From positions 1-27,380 of the IMG/VR virus record IMGVR_UViG_3300047290_000095: DNA of 27,380 bases; one strand, 5' to 3'. The notes under the pieces are model-generated. The model saw only the letters and a program-made list of their open reading frames with translations. It made no database searches and had not been told where the DNA came from. Position 1 is the first letter of the stretch. Each line of letters starts with the position of its first letter. A program made the translations under genes and the position numbers. This document shows positions 1 through 6,021 of the stretch, one piece after another. This DNA comes from a virus. Taxonomy: Duplodnaviria > Caudoviricetes.

Positions 1-16
1 GCGTATATATATACCA

Positions 17-22
17 TACAAT
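17..22 (+). promoter_or_regulatory. Possible sigma70 -10 box (TACAAT) for the early arm
   Basis: TACAAT in an AT-rich stretch about 60 nt before the first gene; the -35 would lie outside the window. Confidence 0.3.
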
Positions 23-80
23 AACTGCACTGAACGGATAAAACCACTCAGTAAACACCTAACCTAACCTGGAGCATAGT

Positions 81-311
81 ATGCGGAAAATCATTGAATC
101 ATTAACCATTGAGCAAGCATTGCAGTGGGATGCAGCCACTGACAAGTGGGTCTTTATTGATGACACTATCTTGGCTCCGGCTAACCTCAAAGCCAACGGT
201 GCACGGGTTGGAGCCATTGAAGATGCGTTTGTGGCCATAATTGATTTTGAAGTGGCGCGCGATATTGCACGGGAAAATTTAGCAAACCGCCGGATAAGTT
301 ATTGCGCTTGA
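81..311 (+). CDS. Hypothetical early protein (76 aa)
   Basis: ORF directly behind the motif and GGAG RBS. Confidence 0.75.
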   Translation: MRKIIESLTIEQALQWDAATDKWVFIDDTILAPANLKANGARVGAIEDAFVAIIDFEVARDIARENLANRRISYCA

Positions 312-318
312 GTGACAC

Positions 319-362
319 CTACTAGCCTATTCAGTAGGCTAGTGGATTGTCATTCGACAATC
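319..362 (+). other. Tandem intergenic hairpins
   Basis: ACTAGCCTA 321-329 / TAGGCTAGT 335-343 (perfect 9 bp) and GATTGTC 345-351 / GACAATC 356-362 (perfect 7 bp). Confidence 0.75.
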
Positions 363-385
363 AAAACCTAACCTGGAGAACCACT

Positions 386-730
386 ATGTTTCGCTCACCT
401 TCCGTTACCGCTTTGCGCTCTATCTTTGGTGATAACGCAAAACGTGCTAAAGAGTTGCTCACTATGACAAGAGGGCAGCTTATAAGCACTCCAGAGGGTA
501 AAGCACGGGTTCATGAGTGCTATTACCCGCCGACTACTCAAGACATAAGAATGACGTGCTTGAACGCTTTAGGCGGCTTTCATGGTGTAGAGGGTTTCTC
601 TACATCTAAGGGCGAGTGTTTATACCTTAATGCCGGAGATACTTATACCCCCACCCTTGTTCTACATAATGGCAATTATCGGATTACATGCTGGGGTGAC
701 ATAGCAGAAAAACACGCTACGACTGCATAA
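386..730 (+). CDS. Hypothetical early phage protein (114 aa; start moved from 347 to ATG 386)
   Basis: ATG 386 follows the CTGGAGA RBS; contains YLNAGDTYTPT. Confidence 0.8.
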   Translation: MFRSPSVTALRSIFGDNAKRAKELLTMTRGQLISTPEGKARVHECYYPPTTQDIRMTCLNALGGFHGVEGFSTSKGECLYLNAGDTYTPTLVLHNGNYRITCWGDIAEKHATTA

Positions 731-736
731 CCCACC

Positions 737-781
737 CTGGAGGGCATACCGTGCCCTCTGGAGTGCGCTATCTGGTGCACT
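737..781 (+). other. Tandem intergenic hairpins
   Basis: GAGGGCA 740-746 / TGCCCTC 752-758 and AGTGCGC 762-768 / GTGCACT 775-781; same layout as 319-362. Confidence 0.7.
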
Positions 782-805
782 ACAACCCTAACCCTGGAGA
801 TAACC

Positions 806-1045
806 ATGCAAGCCATTCAAACAAAGTACATTGCACCGACAAACCACCGTGGGTCACGCATCAAAGCATGGTGCGCCGCTGGTTCTAAGACCATCAGTTA
901 CCCTTATGGCCTAACCACTGACCTTGCACACTATGACGCAGCCCAACAATTACTGGTTCAGCTTGGCTGGACAGGTGTTCACTATGGGGCTTTGCATCAA
1001 GGTTGTTTGCCTAATGGCGACTACTGCCATGTGCTGGTGAAATAA
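806..1045 (+). CDS. Hypothetical early phage protein (79 aa)
   Basis: ORF after motif copy 787-802; begins MQAIQTKYIAPTNHRGSRIKA. Confidence 0.8.
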   Translation: MQAIQTKYIAPTNHRGSRIKAWCAAGSKTISYPYGLTTDLAHYDAAQQLLVQLGWTGVHYGALHQGCLPNGDYCHVLVK

Positions 1046-1054
1046 CCCCCTTCC

Positions 1055-1073
1055 AGCCCCTTCTGGGGGCTTT
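1055..1073 (+). terminator. Short GC hairpin, possible weak terminator or processing stem
   Basis: AGCCCC 1055-1060 / GGGGCT 1066-1071, followed by only a short T run. Confidence 0.35.
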
Positions 1074-1102
1074 CCTGCCCCTTTCCTAACCCTGGAGATA
1101 AC

Positions 1103-1222
1103 ATGCAAACCCTAACCGCAGCAGAAATAATGGTTTTGATGAAAAAAGCAAAAACCCTTGAGCAAGCACATGCCCTAGCTGTCCTGCTTTGCCAAACCCT
1201 GAAACATAAATACGGAAAATAA
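1103..1222 (+). CDS. Small hypothetical protein (39 aa, MQTLTAAEIMVLMKKAK...), not in ORF track
   Basis: Hand translation; ATG 1103 behind motif copy 1085-1100; TAA 1220-1222. Confidence 0.7.
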   Translation: MQTLTAAEIMVLMKKAKTLEQAHALAVLLCQTLKHKYGK

Positions 1223-1252
1223 GCCCCAACCCCTAACCCTGGAGATACCATC

Positions 1253-1432
1253 ATGGAAATCAAAGAGCACTTTGTAGACAACCTGGCAAACCTGACCGAA
1301 TCCCAACTGTGGCAAGTGTCCCGCTACCTTGCCGACTATGTGCAGCATGAAATTACAGCGGGTAAGACCATCGACAAATACACGTTTTTCTGGGCATTTG
1401 ATGCCATTCTCGGAGGTGCATTAGATGATTAA
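1253..1432 (+). CDS. Small hypothetical protein (59 aa, MEIKEHFVDNLANL...), not in ORF track
   Basis: Hand translation; ATG 1253 behind motif copy 1232-1247; stop overlaps the next gene by 8 nt. Confidence 0.75.
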   Translation: MEIKEHFVDNLANLTESQLWQVSRYLADYVQHEITAGKTIDKYTFFWAFDAILGGALDD

Positions 1433-1619
1433 GATAAAGCCCCAAGACCTTAACCCCACCACCCGCAGATACCCCCGAACCCTGCAAGAGGCTTTCCCCA
1501 AAGATGACTGGGAAACTGTGGATAAGACTGTGTATAAAGTAAACCCTGATGACGTGCTGTATCTTATAGCCCTATTCAGTCTAGGGTTTTTGCTTGGCTT
1601 GCTTGTGAGTGGCAGTTAA
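1425..1619 (+). CDS. Small membrane-anchored phage protein (64 aa)
   Basis: GGAGG RBS at 1412-1416; TRRYPRTLQEAF motif; C-terminal hydrophobic helix. Confidence 0.8.
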   Translation: MIKIKPQDLNPTTRRYPRTLQEAFPKDDWETVDKTVYKVNPDDVLYLIALFSLGFLLGLLVSGS

Positions 1620-1629
1620 TATCTAGCCC

Positions 1630-1730
1630 GTTGCCGTAGGAAGCGACACAATGAAACCGTTTACTCATGCCCCTGCCCTTGGTATTTGCCTTTGGGTTCC
1701 TACCGGGGGCAGCAGTAAACGGTTTTTTTT
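1630..1730 (+). promoter_or_regulatory. Candidate cis-regulatory RNA: small hairpin plus long bulged hairpin ending in U8 (attenuator/antisense-like)
   Basis: 12-bp stem 1654-1665/1714-1725; 8-bp stem 1668-1675/1704-1711; 7-nt bulge TTCCTAC (1697-1703) complementary to loop GTAGGAA (1636-1642); T8 at 1723-1730. Confidence 0.65.
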
Positions 1731-2019
1731 CGCCCCTACGACAACCGCACCCCTGGCGATACTAAGTGCCCATGACTGTGGCAGCGAGGGAGGAAAGCGG
1801 TTCACCTTGACCCAAGGGGGACGGGTGCACGAGGGTTCTGCCCCAAGTGATAAACGAACATGTAGGCTGATGGTCAACCGTGGCAACTACGGAATAGTTG
1901 GTTCGATAAATAAAGCAGCAGAACTGTATACGGGTGTATGCCCCATACAGGACAGCCCCAAGGCTGAAAGTAGGACACTGACTAATCATCATCCCTACCG
2001 TAGCCCTTGTATTGTCTGA
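1651..2019 (+). CDS. Possible leader ORF (122 aa) spanning the structured region
   Basis: AGGA 9 nt upstream; fills the gap and stops right at the MTase RBS. No recognisable protein features, so it may be spurious. Confidence 0.3.
   Translation: MKPFTHAPALGICLWVPTGGSSKRFFFAPTTTAPLAILSAHDCGSEGGKRFTLTQGGRVHEGSAPSDKRTCRLMVNRGNYGIVGSINKAAELYTGVCPIQDSPKAESRTLTNHHPYRSPCIV
1740..2016 (+). ncRNA. Candidate large multi-branched structured RNA (~280 nt), family unknown
   Basis: Nine or more mutually nested helices found by eye (listed in findings). Confidence 0.45.
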
Positions 2020-2028
2020 AAGGATTGC

Positions 2029-3024
2029 ATGAATGAGTTGGCTTTATTCGCAGGTGCTGGTGGAGGAATTCTTGGGGGACAGCTCCTTGGATGGCGAACA
2101 GTCTGTGCCGTTGAGTGGGAACCATACCCAGCAAGCGTACTGTGCGCCCGACAAAATGATGGACTTCTCCCGCCTTTCCCGATTTGGGATGACATACAAA
2201 CCTTTGACGGCAACCCGTGGAGAGGAATTGTTGATGTCGTATCTGGCGGCTTTCCATGTACCGACATCAGCGCAGCAGGAAAGGGGGCAGGAATTGACGG
2301 AGAAGCCTCTGGAATGTGGCGAGAAATGGCGAGGGTCATTTGTGAAGTACGACCCCGATTCGTCTTTGTGGAGAACTCACCAATGCTCACTTCTAGGGGA
2401 CTTGGACGAGTTCTTGGAGACTTGGCCTCAATGGGGTTTGATGCGAGATGGGGAGTGCTGGGAGCAGCAGACGTTGGAGCGCCACATCAGAGGGACAGGA
2501 TATGGATTGTCGCCCAACAACATAGACAGCTTTCACACGCCCAACACAACAGGATTAGACGGTGGGAGCAACAGTCGCAGGGCATTGAAGAAAAGAATCC
2601 AAATGTGGAGAACACCAGACACAGGAGTGGGGGGGACAAGCGGATTGCTGAAAGAGGGCAAAACCCACAGGGAGAATGGGCAACCCATTCAAATCAGATT
2701 GGTAGACCAGGTGAACAATCCGCATCTATGGCCAACACCATGTTCAACAGACTACAAGGGGTCAGGCAAGACAGGGCAACTCAGGGACAGGTTGGACTAT
2801 GCGGTGGAGAGGGGAGCAACCAAGTCCAAGACTTATGGGGAACAGCATCTTACTGGTCAACTGAACCCTCCATTCCCCGAGTGGCTGATGGGGTGGCCGC
2901 TAGGGTGGACAGACTTAAAGCCATTGGAAATGGACAAGTCCCATTGTGTGCAGCAACCGCATGGAGAATCTTAAATGAACGTACAGCAAGCCCAACGTAT
3001 CCTAGCCCGACACAAAGAGGGTGA
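2029..3024 (+). CDS. C5 cytosine DNA methyltransferase, alpha (catalytic) polypeptide
   Basis: Motif I FAGAGG, IV GGFPC, VI ENSP, VIII HQRDRIW, X RLKAIGNGQVP; no motif IX in this frame. Confidence 0.92.
   Translation: MNELALFAGAGGGILGGQLLGWRTVCAVEWEPYPASVLCARQNDGLLPPFPIWDDIQTFDGNPWRGIVDVVSGGFPCTDISAAGKGAGIDGEASGMWREMARVICEVRPRFVFVENSPMLTSRGLGRVLGDLASMGFDARWGVLGAADVGAPHQRDRIWIVAQQHRQLSHAQHNRIRRWEQQSQGIEEKNPNVENTRHRSGGDKRIAERGQNPQGEWATHSNQIGRPGEQSASMANTMFNRLQGVRQDRATQGQVGLCGGEGSNQVQDLWGTASYWSTEPSIPRVADGVAARVDRLKAIGNGQVPLCAATAWRILNERTASPTYPSPTQRG
2033..2974 (+). CDS. C5 methyltransferase beta-type polypeptide in the overlapping +1 frame (TRD-like repeats and motif IX)
   Basis: 313-codon ORF nested in the alpha gene; GQLNPPFPEWLMGWPLGWT resembles motif IX; parallels the M.EcoHK31I alpha/beta arrangement. 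Confidence 0.8.
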   Translation: MSWLYSQVLVEEFLGDSSLDGEQSVPLSGNHTQQAYCAPDKMMDFSRLSRFGMTYKPLTATRGEELLMSYLAAFHVPTSAQQERGQELTEKPLECGEKWRGSFVKYDPDSSLWRTHQCSLLGDLDEFLETWPQWGLMRDGECWEQQTLERHIRGTGYGLSPNNIDSFHTPNTTGLDGGSNSRRALKKRIQMWRTPDTGVGGTSGLLKEGKTHRENGQPIQIRLVDQVNNPHLWPTPCSTDYKGSGKTGQLRDRLDYAVERGATKSKTYGEQHLTGQLNPPFPEWLMGWPLGWTDLKPLEMDKSHCVQQPHGES

Positions 3025-3169
3025 TGTTTATCCCCAATGGGTAATCAACACAGCCCTATACATAACAGGAGATATTGATGAAATGCCCACTATGCCAAGC
3101 CCCCACAGCAGTAAAGAGGGTGCAGACAACGAAAGCAAACTGGATTTACAGAAGAAGAGTGTGTTTTAA
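2975..3169 (+). CDS. Hypothetical protein (64 aa)
   Basis: ATG immediately after the beta-frame TAA; GGAGA RBS at 2964-2968; overlaps both neighbours. Confidence 0.55.
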   Translation: MNVQQAQRILARHKEGDVYPQWVINTALYITGDIDEMPTMPSPHSSKEGADNESKLDLQKKSVF

Positions 3170-3257
3170 CGAGCACTGGTTCTCCACCCAGGAGAAAGCA
3201 GTAACAGCCCCTAGCCCCAAACTCAAGAGAGGAAGACCCCCCAATGAAAGACCCTAA
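3078..3257 (+). CDS. Small zinc-ribbon protein (NrdR N-terminus/Ogr-like fold)
   Basis: MKCPLC...RRRVC...H.F.T.E; AGGAG RBS at 3067-3071; C-terminal KRGRPP resembles an AT-hook. Confidence 0.7.
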   Translation: MKCPLCQAPTAVKRVQTTKANWIYRRRVCFNEHWFSTQEKAVTAPSPKLKRGRPPNERP

Positions 3258-3450
3258 CGATTGCACGTATCCCCACACCAGACTATGCCTGCATAACTGC
3301 AAGTATGGTTGCGCCAAGCGTAGCCCTGAGCGCAGCGGCTGGCGCAAGGTGCAGATTGATGATGCAGAAGAAGAAGCATGGAGGGAGTTAACCAACAAAC
3401 AAGGTTCTCTCCCCAGCTACCAAGAGTGGACTAAAAAGGAGAACACATGA
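3244..3450 (+). CDS. Hypothetical Cys-rich protein (68 aa)
   Basis: Overlaps both neighbours; ATGA junction with the next gene. Confidence 0.65.
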   Translation: MKDPNDCTYPHTRLCLHNCKYGCAKRSPERSGWRKVQIDDAEEEAWRELTNKQGSLPSYQEWTKKENT

Positions 3451-4166
3451 CTGACAAAGAAGCAATGAAGCTGGCGCTTGATGCGTTGGAACAAACTTTA
3501 GAAACGCTTGATAATGAAAATTCAAAGCCCGGAGGTGCTATTGCAGACACTATTTGGCATAGCGAACACGAAACATTGTTTGATTATTTGACTTCAACAA
3601 TCGCCGCACTCAAAGAACGATTGACACAGCCAGAGCCAATCCAAAGCCTTCAATGCTTCCACTGCCAAATCACGATTGAAACCTTAAATGACAAGGTGAT
3701 GCGGTTGATGGCAGAGCGCACAGAGCAAGAGCCTTACGCATACACATATTTGGGCATCAAAAACGATGGCTCACAACATGGGCCACATTTATGTTGGAAG
3801 CCTGAATACATGGATGCGATGAGCCACAGTAAAGGCGCTATTGCTGTTCCCCTTTACACCCACCCACCACAGCGCACAGAGCAAGAACCTGTGGCGTTTC
3901 CTCGCCAAGCAGGTGACAGCACATGGATTATCGACACGGCTTTTATTTGGCGCGTAAAACACACGATTGACCCAAATACCCCATATGACTGGACGCCATC
4001 TGAGGAGCAAATTGAAACGGTGTTACTGGCATTGGAGAAAATTCCATCGCCTCTCTACACCACCCCACCACAGCGCACAGAGCAGAACTTTTGCTCACGA
4101 TGCGGCAAGCGCACCAAAGACTTGACCCACATTCACACTTGCACACCACCAAAGGAGGGCGCATGA
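3447..4166 (+). CDS. Mosaic Nin-region/DUF551-like protein with repeated RTEQ linkers
   Basis: AAGGAG RBS; MTDKEAMKLALDAL start; EPVA / PLYT.PPQRTEQ repeats; C-terminal CSRC...HTC. Confidence 0.8.
   Translation: MTDKEAMKLALDALEQTLETLDNENSKPGGAIADTIWHSEHETLFDYLTSTIAALKERLTQPEPIQSLQCFHCQITIETLNDKVMRLMAERTEQEPYAYTYLGIKNDGSQHGPHLCWKPEYMDAMSHSKGAIAVPLYTHPPQRTEQEPVAFPRQAGDSTWIIDTAFIWRVKHTIDPNTPYDWTPSEEQIETVLLALEKIPSPLYTTPPQRTEQNFCSRCGKRTKDLTHIHTCTPPKEGA
3715..4084 (+). repeat. Three intragenic direct repeats AGCGCACAGAGCA
   Basis: Copies at 3715, 3871 and 4072. A 21-nt identity CCCACCACAGCGCACAGAGCA lies at 3863-3883 and 4064-4084. Confidence 0.85.
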
Positions 4167-4408
4167 GCGATTCATACGATGACTATTGCGTCAAGATGGA
4201 TATTGTTGAAGCAACATGGGAACGACAAGAATTAAAACGCACCTTTCGCACAGAAGTCTGGACAACAAAGGATGGACGTGAAATATCCATCAAGGATATG
4301 GAAGATAGCCACATTTTCAATGCCTATCGACATAGCCAAGATGGGTTGCTTTTCCGTGAAATGGTGTTGCGTTTGTTTGAAGCCAAACTCAAGGAGAAGA
4401 ACACATGA
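4163..4408 (+). CDS. Hypothetical protein (81 aa; start moved to ATG 4163)
   Basis: AAGGAGG RBS; ATGA overlap; WTTKDGREISIKDMEDSHI motif. Confidence 0.75.
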   Translation: MSDSYDDYCVKMDIVEATWERQELKRTFRTEVWTTKDGREISIKDMEDSHIFNAYRHSQDGLLFREMVLRLFEAKLKEKNT

Positions 4409-4557
4409 AATCACGACAAGTATTTATCGCCATGATGGTAGGCAAAGGCTACACCCCTGAAGAGCTGGCCTGGGATGGCAAGAAGTTCACCAACCAGAAC
4501 ATGGCTATGCGCTGGAACTACTTTCTGATGGGATGGGAAATGCGAGGTGTGATGTGA
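4405..4557 (+). CDS. Small hypothetical protein (50 aa, MKSRQVFIAMMVGKG...), not in ORF track
   Basis: AAGGAG RBS; ATGA overlap; hand translation. Confidence 0.7.
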   Translation: MKSRQVFIAMMVGKGYTPEELAWDGKKFTNQNMAMRWNYFLMGWEMRGVM

Positions 4558-4613
4558 ACCTACGCAAGCTCAGACTCCGGCATCACTTCATGTTTGAAAA
4601 TAGAGACAGGAGG

Positions 4614-4670
4614 GTAAACACCTACACGCACTAACCAAATAACTGTATAATTCAATCTCACCCTAACCTA
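4614..4670 (+). promoter_or_regulatory. Putative promoter region of the recombination operon
   Basis: Perfect TATAAT at 4646-4651 in a 130-nt gap; no good -35; GTAAACACCTA (4614-4624) also occurs at 51-61; CCTAACC at 4662. Confidence 0.5.
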
Positions 4671-4687
4671 AATAAAGGAAGTTCCAC

Positions 4688-4903
4688 ATGAAATTCTGTA
4701 TCGACTGTAAACATTACATCCTAGAAGATGGAGTGAAAACCCCAGACCTGGGCAGATGTGCCCAAAACCGCTCTATAAGCCTTGTAACAGGCGTAGAAGC
4801 ATCCACCAATACCCTACCCTTCTGCAAGGTACACAGGCTCTCCCACGAGCCTTGTGGCACAGAGGGCAAGCTGTGGGAAGAAAAGGAGGCCAGCCATGTC
4901 TGA
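4688..4903 (+). CDS. Small Cys-rich (Zn-binding) phage protein (71 aa)
   Basis: AAAGGA RBS; CIDCKH...C...C...CG.EGKLWE. Confidence 0.8.
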   Translation: MKFCIDCKHYILEDGVKTPDLGRCAQNRSISLVTGVEASTNTLPFCKVHRLSHEPCGTEGKLWEEKEASHV

Positions 4904-5789
4904 TTTCTCACCAGAAACACGTAATAGCGCATGGTGGTCAGGCGATAGTCGCCGTGCCGCCAGCGGGAAAGCCAACGAAGTCATCCTCACCAAGCAGGGC
5001 AAGATGGAGATTCCAGACCTGTCCGGCATAGAAGCTGTGCAGATGGGTCATGTGATGGAGCCTGTCATTGCAAGCCTTGCCAGCGAGAAACTGGGTGTGC
5101 GGCTGGAGAAGATTGAGGAAGCTCTCACGCACCCTAAACATCCTTGGCTGAAATCACACTTTGACTACCATGGGAAACTCAATGGCGAAACTATCCTGGT
5201 CGAGTGCAAAAACTATAACGCTGCTGTTAGAAGTAAATTTGACGATAGCGGCCTCATCCCTGCTGCTGACATGGCTCAGATTGTCCACGAAGCGGCGGTA
5301 TACGGCATACGGCATATTTATCTGGCTGTGCTATTTGGCGGTCAAGAGTTTGTGCTTATACCGTTCACCATCACTGACGAGCAAAAAGAGGAGCTTATTC
5401 AGCAGATGGCTGTCTACTGGGGACACGTACAGGCCGGAACAGTCCTACCGCCAGAGACTCCTGAACAGGCAAGACTGATTTATCCGACAGGGCTGGAGAA
5501 CACCAAGATGGCCTCCAGGAGCGTGGAAGAAGCCTGCCGCACCCTACAGGTGGTCAAGGGTCAGATAAAGGCTCTAGAAGCCCAGAAAGAGGCTCTGGAG
5601 ACCCTTGTGCAGGGTTACATGGGGGAATGCAACCAGTTAGCTACCTTTGACGGTTCTGTGCTGGCTACGTGGAAGAACGCTAAACACAGTGAGAGGTTTG
5701 ACAGCAAGTTGTTTCAGTCTGCCATGCCGGACGTGTACGAGAAGTTTGTGGTCAACGTCCCAGGTTCACGCCGCTTTTTGGTGAAGTGA
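4896..5789 (+). CDS. YqaJ-like viral recombination nuclease (lambda-exonuclease family)
   Basis: G..MEPVI, HPKHPWL...D, LVECKN, Q...A.V.G motifs; AAGGAGG RBS before ATG 4896; upstream of a RecT-like gene. Confidence 0.85.
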   Translation: MSDFSPETRNSAWWSGDSRRAASGKANEVILTKQGKMEIPDLSGIEAVQMGHVMEPVIASLASEKLGVRLEKIEEALTHPKHPWLKSHFDYHGKLNGETILVECKNYNAAVRSKFDDSGLIPAADMAQIVHEAAVYGIRHIYLAVLFGGQEFVLIPFTITDEQKEELIQQMAVYWGHVQAGTVLPPETPEQARLIYPTGLENTKMASRSVEEACRTLQVVKGQIKALEAQKEALETLVQGYMGECNQLATFDGSVLATWKNAKHSERFDSKLFQSAMPDVYEKFVVNVPGSRRFLVK

Positions 5790-5796
5790 GGTAGAT

Positions 5797-6021
5797 ATGC
5801 AATTCTTTAAACCACAATCCACAAAAAATGTTGCCGATGCTATGAATAGGTCAATCAAGTCCTATGAGCAAGCTGAGGATAAAGATGATTTTTGTAATCC
5901 AGATGTGCCGTTGCTCATACTGATTAACGGCAAAAGACACCACGTTCTCAGCGTTGGTGGCGACCCTAAAGAAGAGGGGCTTATCTTAGAGGTCAAACCT
6001 GCATCATGGTGGAACAAATGA
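5797..6021 (+). CDS. Hypothetical protein (74 aa)
   Basis: GAGGT RBS; ATGA overlap with the next gene. Confidence 0.7.
   Translation: MQFFKPQSTKNVADAMNRSIKSYEQAEDKDDFCNPDVPLLILINGKRHHVLSVGGDPKEEGLILEVKPASWWNK

Larger units (their letters stand above)
58..1249 (+). repeat. Five copies of the leader/RBS motif CCTAAC(C)CTGGAG(ATA)
   Basis: Copies at 63-74, 367-379, 787-802, 1085-1100 and 1232-1247. The last three share CCTAACCCTGGAGATA exactly. In each copy GGAG ends 5-8 nt before an ATG. Confidence 0.9.

Noticed and set aside
58-1249. Leader repeats as a CRISPR array or as telomeric (CCCTAA/CCTAA) repeats
   Set aside because: Spacing is irregular (150-420 nt), the spacers are whole ORFs, the repeats contain the SD, no cas genes are present, and there are at most about two telomere-like units in tandem.
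1786-1800. GAGGAAAG resembling the RNase P RNA P4 signature
   Set aside because: It is not followed by UCC and no matching 3' P4 strand was found. No group I P7 or group II domain V consensus was seen in 1740-2016 either.
2033-2974. Methyltransferase as a frameshifted pseudogene or sequencing error
   Set aside because: Both frames are open end to end, and motif X returns in the alpha frame after motif IX in the beta frame, which a single indel cannot explain.
3715-4084. Repeats as a diversity-generating retroelement TR/VR pair
   Set aside because: The repeats are only 13-21 nt, show no adenine-specific mismatch pattern, and no reverse transcriptase is present.
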